Source: Pseudomonas aeruginosa
GTDB taxonomy: Bacteria; Pseudomonadota; Gammaproteobacteria; Pseudomonadales; Pseudomonadaceae
Direction of reading: 5' to 3'
DNA length: 32,000 bases
NCBI RefSeq assembly: GCF_001457615.1
Contig: NZ_LN831024.1
Location: 2,430,001 to 2,462,000 of the forward strand
Positions 19,249-27,695 of this stretch are shown one piece after another. The first letter of the stretch is position 1. Each line of letters begins with the position of its first letter. The translations under genes were made by a program, and so were the position numbers. The notes below the pieces were generated by a model, which saw only the letters and a list, made by a program, of their open reading frames with translations, did no database searches and was not told the DNA's origin.

Positions 19249-19266
19249 CCCGGCCCGCGGGCCGGG
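19249..19266. terminator. Candidate bidirectional terminator palindrome
   Basis: CCCGGCCCGCGGGCCGGG, perfect 18-nt palindrome in the short gap between convergent thioredoxin and thioesterase genes; no T-tract. Confidence 0.4.
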
Positions 19267-19272
19267 CGGCGT

Positions 19273-19773
19273 TCAGGCCGGCATCGCGTGATCCACCTGT
19301 TCGCGGATCTCCTGGTAGCGCAGTTCCATCAGCTTGCGCTGCTCGCGCCGGGCCAGGGCCTGGGCGTAGCGGCGTTTCTCGATCGCGGTCTCCGGTTCCA
19401 GCGGACGCACCGCCACCGGCCGGCGCTGGTCGTCCATCGCCACCATGGTGAAGAAGCAACTGTTGGTATGGCGCACGGTGCGCTCGTGGATGTTCTCGGT
19501 CATCACCTTCACCCCGACCTCCATCGAAGTGCGCCCGGTGTAGTTCACCGAGGCGAGGAAGGTCACCAGTTCGCCGACATGGATCGGCTCGCGGAAGATC
19601 ACCTGATCCACCGACAGGGTCACCACGTAGCGTCCGGCGTAGCGCTTGGCGCAGGCAAAGGCCACTTCGTCGAGGAGCTTGAGCAGCGCGCCGCCGTGGA
19701 CGTTGCCGGAGAAGTTCGCCTTGTCGGGGGTCATGAGCACGCTCATGGTCAGTTGGTAGCTGCCAGGTTCCAT
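19273..19773 (-). CDS. Acyl-CoA thioesterase, hotdog fold (YciA/BACH-like)
   Basis: 166 aa: MEPGSYQLTMSVLMTPDKANFSGNVHGGALLKLLDEVAFACAKRYAGRYVVTLSVDQVIFREPIHVGELVTFLASVNYTGRTSMEVGVKVMTENI; HGG..LLKLLDE hotdog motif. Confidence 0.93.
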   Translation of the reverse strand: MEPGSYQLTMSVLMTPDKANFSGNVHGGALLKLLDEVAFACAKRYAGRYVVTLSVDQVIFREPIHVGELVTFLASVNYTGRTSMEVGVKVMTENIHERTVRHTNSCFFTMVAMDDQRRPVAVRPLEPETAIEKRRYAQALARREQRKLMELRYQEIREQVDHAMPA

Positions 19774-19943
19774 CGTTCACCTATCACGCAAGTTGGTCAC
19801 GGGCCATTGCAGTGGGCCGGCGGCCGCTCTGCGGCGGCCTCTGGCGATAGGGTAGGGAGAAACGCCGGCGCGATTAGCACCGCAGTCGACAATGGTGTTT
19901 TCCGCGAAACGGGCTTGCGGCGCCGCTCCGTATGCGCCAAGGG

Positions 19944-20468
19944 CTAGTCGCGGGAGCCGCCGCGTCCTTCCCGGCTGGCATCCATCCAGCGCAGCACTTC
20001 TTCGCCGAACTCCGGTGGCGCGATACGCCCCACCCGGCGTACCAGGTCGAGGATGGTCTGCTGGGCCAGCGCTTCTTCCATGCGCTTCTGCGCGGTGAGC
20101 ATCACCGCGTGGATCGAGCAGGTGTTGCGGGTCGCCCAGGAAGGCGGGTTGCCTTCGAAAATCGCGCAGCGCTCGCGGACCTCGCGGCATTCGAAGATCG
20201 ATTTGTCGCCGTCGATGGCGCGGACCACGTCGAGCACGCTGATTTCGTTGGCCGGCCGTGCCAGGCGGAAGCCACCGCGCACGCCTTCGGTGGCAGCCAC
20301 CAGGCCGGCCTTGGCCAGGCGGGTGAAGACCTTGGCCAGCAGTTCCGGCGGCACGCCCTGCAACTCGGCGAGGGTACGTACGCTGGACTCGCGGCTGTCG
20401 CCTTTCTCGTCGGCGAGGAACAACAGGCAGTGGATGCCGTATTCGACGCCGGCGCTATAGAGAGCCAT
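19944..20468 (-). CDS. Rrf2-family transcriptional regulator
   Basis: 174 aa from MALYSAGVEYGIHCLLFLADEKGDSRESSVRTLAELQGVPPELLAKVFTRLAKAGLVAATEGVRGGFRLARPANEISVLDVVRAIDGDKSIFECREVRERCAIFEGNPPSWATRNTCSIHAVM; winged-helix plus three Cys. CGGAG SD before ATG. Confidence 0.92.
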   Translation of the reverse strand: MALYSAGVEYGIHCLLFLADEKGDSRESSVRTLAELQGVPPELLAKVFTRLAKAGLVAATEGVRGGFRLARPANEISVLDVVRAIDGDKSIFECREVRERCAIFEGNPPSWATRNTCSIHAVMLTAQKRMEEALAQQTILDLVRRVGRIAPPEFGEEVLRWMDASREGRGGSRD

Positions 20469-20484
20469 CACTAACTCCGACAGA

Positions 20485-20499
20485 AATATTCGCAATATT
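20485..20499. promoter_or_regulatory. Short inverted repeat immediately upstream of the rrf2-family gene (possible operator)
   Basis: AATATT-CGC-AATATT, in an AT-rich pocket 17 nt from the ATG on the reverse strand. Confidence 0.35.
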
Positions 20500-20657
20500 C
20501 TGCGCGGTTTTCAGGTCGCTCACAAGGACAGGTCGTTCGCTGTCTTCCGCCTCGAAGCGCTCTATCTCCGATCCTTTTCGTATGTTTTCGACGTCTTCTC
20601 CTCTCTTTCACGGCGAGGGGCGATTGCCTGTCGGAACGCTTTTCGGGGATTGATCTT

Positions 20658-20688
20658 CGTAACTACGACAAATATAGTCGTAGTTACG
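20658..20688. promoter_or_regulatory. Perfect 12-bp inverted repeat upstream of ndh, candidate operator or mRNA leader hairpin
   Basis: CGTAACTACGAC-AAATATA-GTCGTAGTTACG, 48 nt before the ATG of the NADH dehydrogenase. Confidence 0.65.
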
Positions 20689-20736
20689 GAGAGGCTTTTC
20701 TCCGGATATCCCGTCCTTTCCCTCCAGGAGCCCCCA

Positions 20737-21942
20737 ATGAAACAACGTATCCTGATCGTCGGTGCCGGATTCGCCGGCATGTGGAGCGCGCTGAGCGCAG
20801 TGCGCCAGCTCGACCGCCAGGGCCGCGACGACGTCGAGGTCGCGGTGCTCGCGCCGCAGCCCGAGCTGCGCATCCGCCCGCGTTTCTACGAGCCTGACGT
20901 GCAGCGCATGGCGGCGCCGCTGGGCGAATTGTTCGCCGCGGTCGGCGTGCGTTTCGTGCAGGGCAGCGCGCAGCGCATCGACGTGGCCGGCAAGTGGGTG
21001 GAGTACCGCGATGCCGAGGGCACGCTGGCGCAACTGGACTACGACCGCCTGGTGCTGGCGGCCGGCAGCGGCGTGTGGCGTCCGGCGAGTGTCGTCGGCA
21101 TCGACGCTGCCTTCGATGTCGACCAGTTGGAAGACGCCCTGCGCCTGGAGGCACACCTGCATGCCCTGCGCGACTTGCCGGATTCACCGGCACGCAACAC
21201 CGTGGTGGTCGCCGGCGGCGGCTTCACCGGCATCGAGACCGCCACCGAGATGCCGGCGCGCCTGCGGGCGATCCTCGGCGAGAAAGCGGCGCTGCGAGTG
21301 ATCGTGGTCGACCGCGGCGCCGCCATCGGCGCATCGATGGGCGCGGACCTGAGCGGCTTGATCGCCGAGGCCTCGGCGGAACTGGGCGTGGAGTGGTGCC
21401 TGGGGCGTTCGGTGGCGGCGGTGGATGCCGAGGGCGTGACGCTCGACGACGGCCAGCGGATCGAGGCGAAGACCGTGGTCTGGACCGTGGGCGTGCGGGC
21501 CAGCACCCTGACCGGGCAGATTCCGGGCGAGCGCGATGCCCAGGGTCGCCTGCATGTCGACCGCAACCTCAAGGTGCTCGGTCTCGACGATGTCTACGCC
21601 ACCGGCGACGTGGCCCGCGCGGCTACCGACGACCTCGGCAACCATGCCCTGATGACCTGCCAGCACGCCATCGCCCTGGGTCGCTCGGCCGGCAATAACG
21701 TGGCCGCCGACCTGCTCGGCGTCGAGCCGATTCCCTACAGCCAGGTGAAATACGTGACCTGTCTCGATCTCGGCGGCTGGGGCGCGGTGTTCACCGAGGG
21801 CTGGGACCGCCAGGTACGGTTCGTGCGCGAGGAGGGCAAGAAGATCAAGACCGAGATCAATGGCGTGTGGATCTACCCGCCGGCGGCGGACCGCGCCGTG
21901 GCGCTGGCGGCGGCCGACCCGCTGATTCCGGTGGTAGCGTAG
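20737..21942 (+). CDS. FAD-dependent NADH dehydrogenase (type II, Ndh-like)
   Basis: 401 aa from MKQRILIVGAGFAGMWSALSAVRQLD (GxGxxG), second nucleotide motif NTVVVAGGGFTGIETATEMPARL, VYATGDVARA; preceded by SD aggag. Confidence 0.92.
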   Translation: MKQRILIVGAGFAGMWSALSAVRQLDRQGRDDVEVAVLAPQPELRIRPRFYEPDVQRMAAPLGELFAAVGVRFVQGSAQRIDVAGKWVEYRDAEGTLAQLDYDRLVLAAGSGVWRPASVVGIDAAFDVDQLEDALRLEAHLHALRDLPDSPARNTVVVAGGGFTGIETATEMPARLRAILGEKAALRVIVVDRGAAIGASMGADLSGLIAEASAELGVEWCLGRSVAAVDAEGVTLDDGQRIEAKTVVWTVGVRASTLTGQIPGERDAQGRLHVDRNLKVLGLDDVYATGDVARAATDDLGNHALMTCQHAIALGRSAGNNVAADLLGVEPIPYSQVKYVTCLDLGGWGAVFTEGWDRQVRFVREEGKKIKTEINGVWIYPPAADRAVALAAADPLIPVVA

Positions 21943-21964
21943 GGCGATTTTCCCTCACCCCAAC

Positions 21965-21986
21965 CCTCTCCCGCAGGCGGGAGAGG
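21965..21986. repeat. Stem-loop repeat of the CCTCTCCCGC..GCGGGAGAGG type
   Basis: CCTCTCCCGC-AG-GCGGGAGAGG, perfect 10-bp arms just after the ndh stop; a form commonly seen dispersed in pseudomonad intergenic regions; may act as terminator. Confidence 0.6.
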
Positions 21987-22040
21987 ATGCCGTGCAGCGT
22001 AGAGGGATGCAGCGGCGCGCGGATGCCTGGCTTCCGGTAG

Positions 22041-22069
22041 GGCGAATAACCGCGAAGCGGTTATCCGCC
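22041..22069. repeat. Pseudomonas REP-like palindromic element
   Basis: GGCGAATAACCGC-GAA-GCGGTTATCCGCC (13-bp arms, one mismatch), matching the known GGCG.ATAAC..CG..GTTAT.CGCC type. Confidence 0.65.
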
Positions 22070-22100
22070 GTTGCCTCGGTTCTCTTGGGAGCGTGCGTCT

Positions 22101-23027
<927 letters not shown>

Positions 23028-23034
23028 TTATGGC

Positions 23035-25275
23035 TCAGAACGACGCGGTCAGGCTGGTATAGAAGGTCCGTCCGGGCTCGTTGTAGGTCGCCGCGCCGGC
23101 CCCGTCGATGCCGACCACGCCCTGGGCATTGCCGGCGCGGAACAGGCGCTTGTCGAACAGGTTGTCGACGCCGGCGCCGAGGCTCAGGTTCTTGCTCAAC
23201 CGATAGGTGCCGCCAAGGCCGGCGATGGCGTAGGGCGAGAGCTGGTCGTTGGCGCTGCCGGTGACACGGTCGCCGTGATAGTCGTATTTCTTCGGCTTCT
23301 GCTTGCCATACCAGGTGACCGTGGCTTGCAGCGAGAGGTCGTCGGTGGCCTGCCAGTCGAGCATCGAGTTGAGGGTGTAGCGCGGCGTCACCGAGAGCAC
23401 GTCGCCGGTTTCCTTGTTCTTCGATTGCAGCATGTAGGTGAAGTTGTTGCTCCACTTCAGGCCGTCGGCCAGGGGCAGGGTCAGGGTGCCTTCGAGGCCC
23501 TCGACCACCGCCTTGGGCACGTTCTCCCACTGGTAGATCGCCGCGTTGGCGTAGTCGCCCTTGCCGCCGCTGGCGTGGTCGACCGGTGACAGGCCGGATT
23601 CGATCTTGTTCTTGTAGTCGTTGCGGAAGTAGGTCAGCCCCGCTACCAGGCCGTCGTGGCTGTACTCGATGCCCAGTTCCTTGTTCACGCTGGTCTCGGC
23701 CTTGAGGCCGTCGTTGCCGCGCAGGTAGCAACTGGTGCTTTGCCCGTAGCAACCCTGGCCACGGCTGTAGAGCAGGTAGTCGGGGTTCAGCTGGTACAGG
23801 TTGGGGGCCTTGTAGGCGCGGGCGATACCGGCCTTCAGGGTGACCCGCTCGGTGAGCGCGTGGGACAGGTTCAGCGATGGGCTCCAGTTGTCGCCGACGA
23901 TGTCGTGGTGGTCCCAGCGCAGGCCTGGGGTGAGCATGGTGCCGGGCATCAGCTCGATGTTGTCCTCGGCGAACAGCGAGAAGATCCGCGCTGAGGAACT
24001 GCTGCTGCGGTTCTTTCCGGCGAGACCGGGGATCGAGCCGCCTTCCTCGGTGTTCTGGGTGTTGGAGCTGGGGTCGTCGAGCTTCTGCTCGGTCCACTCG
24101 CTGCCGAGGGTCAGGGTCTGCTCGTAGCCCAGGTGCAGCGGCAGGTTGACCTCGCCGTGGGCGGTCAGGTCGCGCAGGGTGGCGGTGTAGAAGCCGGCGT
24201 TGTTGGGGTCGAAGATACCTTCGGTGCCGCCGGCCAGGCCTTCGTTGATCCGGCTGTTGCGGGTCTTCTCGTACTGCAGGTAGGCCAGCGAGCTGCCGAA
24301 GTCCCATTCGCCGCGATGGGTGACCGAGTAGGTCTCGCGGTACATGCGGTTGGTCTCGTGGCCGAGCATCTGCTTCACGTAGTTGTTGCTGTTGGTGTTC
24401 TGCGTGTCGCCGGTGTAGATGTTGCCCTGGCGGCTGAAGCCGGCCTCGAACTCGAGGGTCTGCTCGGGCGTCAGGCGCCAGCTGAGCAGCCCGTCGATGT
24501 CCTTGTTGCGCACGCCTTCGCGACCGGCGGGGAGGGTGCCGGCCTGCTTGCCGGTGCGGTTGGATTCGTGGCCGGCGTTGATGTCCCAGTCGTCCGAGTC
24601 GGTCTTGGCGATGTTGCCGTAGACGCGGTAGCTGAGGTTTTCCGTGAGCGGCCCGTTGAGACCGAAGCTCATCCGTTCGCTGGCGCCTTCGGCCTTGTGT
24701 TGCGGGAAATTGCTGTAGACGCTGAGATTACCGTGGGTTTCCGCGCCGGCCTGCTTGGTGATGATGTTCACCACGCCGCCCGCCGCGCCGTTGCCGTAGC
24801 GCGCCGCCGCCGGGCCGCGGATCACTTCGATGCGCTCGACCTGGTCGGCCGGCACCCAGTTGGTGTCGCCGCGGCTGTCGCGCTCGCCGCGCCAGCCGTA
24901 GCGCACCGAGTTGCGCGAGCTGACCGGCTTGCCGTCGACCAGGATCAGGGTGTTCTCCGGGCCCATGCCGCGGATGTCGATCTGCCGGTTGTTGCCACGC
25001 TGGCCGCTGGAGCTGTTGCCGGTCAGGTTGACCCCCGGCATGGTCCGGATGATCTGCGACAGGTCGTTGCTCGGCGGTCGCTTGGCGATGTCCTCGGCGG
25101 TGATGATGGAAACCCCCGGCGCCTGCTTGGTTTCCTCCTGGGCGGTGGCGACCACGGTTTGCTCGCCCAGCTCGATGACGGAGCCGTCGCCCTGGCCGGC
25201 GGCGTGTACGGCGTTGGCGAGCAGGCAACTGGACAGCAGCAGGAAGGGAACGGCGGGAAGGGCGCGTGAGGACAT
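23035..25275 (-). CDS. pfeA: TonB-dependent ferric enterobactin receptor PfeA
   Basis: 746 aa: MSSRALPAVPFLLLSSCLLANAVHAAGQGDGSVIELGEQTVVATAQEETKQAPGVSIITAEDIAKRPPSNDLSQIIRTMPGVNLTGNSSSGQRGNNRQIDIRGMGPENTLILVDGKPVSSRNSVRYGWRGERDSRGDTNWVPADQVERIEVIRGPAAARYGNGAAGGVVNIITK; FepA-like plug and terminal Phe. Confidence 0.96.
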   Translation of the reverse strand: MSSRALPAVPFLLLSSCLLANAVHAAGQGDGSVIELGEQTVVATAQEETKQAPGVSIITAEDIAKRPPSNDLSQIIRTMPGVNLTGNSSSGQRGNNRQIDIRGMGPENTLILVDGKPVSSRNSVRYGWRGERDSRGDTNWVPADQVERIEVIRGPAAARYGNGAAGGVVNIITKQAGAETHGNLSVYSNFPQHKAEGASERMSFGLNGPLTENLSYRVYGNIAKTDSDDWDINAGHESNRTGKQAGTLPAGREGVRNKDIDGLLSWRLTPEQTLEFEAGFSRQGNIYTGDTQNTNSNNYVKQMLGHETNRMYRETYSVTHRGEWDFGSSLAYLQYEKTRNSRINEGLAGGTEGIFDPNNAGFYTATLRDLTAHGEVNLPLHLGYEQTLTLGSEWTEQKLDDPSSNTQNTEEGGSIPGLAGKNRSSSSSARIFSLFAEDNIELMPGTMLTPGLRWDHHDIVGDNWSPSLNLSHALTERVTLKAGIARAYKAPNLYQLNPDYLLYSRGQGCYGQSTSCYLRGNDGLKAETSVNKELGIEYSHDGLVAGLTYFRNDYKNKIESGLSPVDHASGGKGDYANAAIYQWENVPKAVVEGLEGTLTLPLADGLKWSNNFTYMLQSKNKETGDVLSVTPRYTLNSMLDWQATDDLSLQATVTWYGKQKPKKYDYHGDRVTGSANDQLSPYAIAGLGGTYRLSKNLSLGAGVDNLFDKRLFRAGNAQGVVGIDGAGAATYNEPGRTFYTSLTASF

Positions 25276-25318
25276 CGGTGATCTCCGGGCAATGCAGCGA
25301 AATGCAAGAGATCACGAA

Positions 25319-25333
25319 TGATATTGATTGTTA
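25319..25333. promoter_or_regulatory. Candidate Fur box upstream of pfeA
   Basis: TGATATT-G-ATTGTTA resembles the 7-1-7 Fur motif TGATAAT-N-ATTATCA (11 of 14 arm positions). Confidence 0.5.
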
Positions 25334-25373
25334 TTTGAGAGTAAAGCGCATTAACTTTCTAAACACTTCGCCC

Positions 25374-26714
25374 TCAGGCGGCCGCCGGCAGCCAGAGGTG
25401 CAGGCACAATCCGGGCTTGCCGTTGCTGGCCCAGAGCCGGCCGCCCTGTAGCTCGATGGCGCGCCGGGCGATCGCCAGGCCGAGGCCAAAACCTTCGCCG
25501 GCGCTATCGTCCAGGCGCTGGTAGGGGAGGAAGATGCGTTCCAACTGGTCTTCCGCCACGCCAGGGCCCTGGTCCTGCAGGCGCAGGTGCCAGAAGTCGC
25601 CCTCGCGCTCGCCGTCGAGGCTGACCGTGCCGTCCTCGGGCGAGTGACGGATGGCGTTGCGCAGGAGGTTTTCCATGGCCTGGGCCAGGCTGTCCAGGTG
25701 TACCTCGACGCGACAGTCGACGCCCAAGCGGCAGGGTAGCCGCGCCGGGTCCCAGCCGCTTTCGAAACAGGCGTCCTCGCGCAGCGCTTCCCACACCGAC
25801 AGCGCCAGCACCGGCTCGGTGGGCAGTTGCGGGCGCTCGGTGTCCATCCAGGCGAGGTCGAGGGTGTCTTCCAGCAGTCGTTGCATGTCGCCGATTTCGC
25901 GATCCAGGCGCTGGCGCAACTGTTCCGGCGGTAGCTCACTGTCGTGGGCGATGCGCAGGCGCGCCAGCGGCGTGCGCAGTTCGTGGGACAGGGTGCGCAG
26001 CAGCAGGCGCTGCTGGGCGAGACTCAGGCGCAGGCGCTCGGCCATGTGCTCCAGGGCCTGGGCCAGCTCGCCCAGTTCGTCGCGGCGGGCCGCCAGCGGT
26101 GCGGCGAGGGGAGTGCTTTCCAGTTCGTCGGCGCGCAGGGCGTCGGCGCGATCGCGCAAGCGGTTCAGCGGCACCACCAGGTGGCGATAGAGCAGCAGGC
26201 CGAGCAGGGCGGCCAGCAGGGTCGGGACTATGCCGTGGGTGACCAGGTGGGTCCAGGGGGTCAGCCCGCCGGGCAGCAGGCGCTCCGGTAACTGGATTAC
26301 CAGCCGGCCCTGCTCGGGATGTCCGGGGAACTCGATGCTGACGTACGGCAGTTCGTCCTGCAGGCGCCGGCTCATCGGCCAGTCGAGCTTGCGCATGAAG
26401 GTCAGGTGGCTCGACTCCTCGGTGCTTAGCGGCGTGCTGCCGAGGCTTTCCAGGTGCGGTCCGACCAGCGCCACCCAGGTATCTTCCTTCGCCGACAGTT
26501 CCTTGCGGAAGCGTTCGGCGCCCGCGGCACCCTCGCTGTGCCAGGCATCCTCCGCCTGCCGCGCGTAGTCCGCCAGGTAGCTGCGGTCGGCCGGGGCGAG
26601 GAAGTAGGTGCTGCGCTCCACCGACAGGCCCCAGGTGTAGATCAGCCAGGTCAGCAGCAGGCAGAAGCCGACCTGCAGCAGCGCCAGTTTCCATAACAGC
26701 GGGTGCCTGCGCAT
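25374..26714 (-). CDS. pfeS: Sensor histidine kinase PfeS
   Basis: 446 aa: two TM segments, HAMP (RHLVVPLNRLRDRADALR), H-box LRTLSHELRTPLARLRIA, N/G boxes NLLRNAIRHSPEDG...GFGLGLAIARRAIELQGG; upstream of pfeA. Confidence 0.95.
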   Translation of the reverse strand: MRRHPLLWKLALLQVGFCLLLTWLIYTWGLSVERSTYFLAPADRSYLADYARQAEDAWHSEGAAGAERFRKELSAKEDTWVALVGPHLESLGSTPLSTEESSHLTFMRKLDWPMSRRLQDELPYVSIEFPGHPEQGRLVIQLPERLLPGGLTPWTHLVTHGIVPTLLAALLGLLLYRHLVVPLNRLRDRADALRADELESTPLAAPLAARRDELGELAQALEHMAERLRLSLAQQRLLLRTLSHELRTPLARLRIAHDSELPPEQLRQRLDREIGDMQRLLEDTLDLAWMDTERPQLPTEPVLALSVWEALREDACFESGWDPARLPCRLGVDCRVEVHLDSLAQAMENLLRNAIRHSPEDGTVSLDGEREGDFWHLRLQDQGPGVAEDQLERIFLPYQRLDDSAGEGFGLGLAIARRAIELQGGRLWASNGKPGLCLHLWLPAAA

Positions 26715-27430
26715 CAGGGGTGTTCCGTCTCCACCAGTAGGTAGCCCTGGCCGCGTACCGCCTGGATCTGCAGGTGACGGACGGCGACCGCGGCGAGTTT
26801 GCGCCGCAGGTTGCAGACGTGCACGTCGAGACCGCGGTCGAGGCGCGTGTAGCTGCGGTGCAGCACGCTCCGGTAGAGGAACGGCTTGCTCAGCGCCTCG
26901 CCAGCGTGTTCGCGGAGCGTCGCCAGGAGGCGGTACTCGGATGGCGTCAGCCCCGCCGGAAGGCCCTGGTGGAGCACATCCTGGGCCTGGTCGTCGAACA
27001 CCAGCCGGGTATCCCGCCGCTGCGCCGACGGCAGGCGGTCCAGTCGTACGCGGCGCAGCAGGGCGTCGGTGCGGGCATCCAGCTCGGCCAGGCTGAACGG
27101 CTTCGGCAGGTAGTCGTCGGCGCCGCGGGTGAAGCCGCTGATGCGATCCTGTTCGGCGCCCAGGGCCGACATCAGCATCACCGGCGTGGCCTGCTCGCGG
27201 CGCAGCGACTCCAGCAGGGCCAGGCCGTCGAGGCCGGGTAGCATGATGTCCAGCAACACCAGGTCGAACGCTTCGCGCCCGGCGGCTTCCAGTCCGTGCG
27301 AGCCATCGCCGCAGACGGTTACGCGGAAGCCGCGCCGGCGGAAATGCGCGTCGAGATCCTCGCGTAGGCGTGGGTCGTCTTCGACCAGCAGCAGGCGGGG
27401 AGATGGGATTGAAATATGAGAATGATTCAC
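26714..27430 (-). CDS. pfeR: Response regulator PfeR (OmpR family)
   Basis: Likely GTG start at 27430 (MNHSHISIPSPRLLLVEDDPRLREDLDAHFRRRGFRVTVCGDGSHGLEAAGREAFDLVLLDIMLPGLDGLALLESLRREQATPVMLMSAL...; C-terminal winged helix). Stop overlaps pfeS start by 1 nt. Start codon uncertain. Confidence 0.93.
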   Translation of the reverse strand: MNHSHISIPSPRLLLVEDDPRLREDLDAHFRRRGFRVTVCGDGSHGLEAAGREAFDLVLLDIMLPGLDGLALLESLRREQATPVMLMSALGAEQDRISGFTRGADDYLPKPFSLAELDARTDALLRRVRLDRLPSAQRRDTRLVFDDQAQDVLHQGLPAGLTPSEYRLLATLREHAGEALSKPFLYRSVLHRSYTRLDRGLDVHVCNLRRKLAAVAVRHLQIQAVRGQGYLLVETEHP

Positions 27431-27440
27431 GTTCGTGAAT
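27425..27440. promoter_or_regulatory. Perfect 7-bp inverted repeat at the pfeR start region, possible PfeR/Fur operator
   Basis: ATTCACG-TT-CGTGAAT, flanked by imperfectly symmetrical ATGAGAATG / ATATCTCAT; the left half GAGAATGAT is Fur-box-like. Confidence 0.5.
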
Positions 27441-27695
27441 ATCTCATTTTTGCCGGGTATCGGGCAATGGGCCAATGCGCCGCAGCGTGCTCGGAGCGGA
27501 AATACTTTTCGACAAAGCCGTCGTTGCTTCGGCTTTGGTTCTGGCTTAGGGTCGGCGGGTCCGCAGGAGGCGGGCAGGAGTGTCGTGGCTATTGGCCAGC
27601 CTTTCGCGACGGCACTGGGTTGTACGATCATCTGGCGCGCTGCTGGCGCGTTGTTCGGGCCGCCCGCCGCAGGTGACTATCAAGGAAGATTCCCC

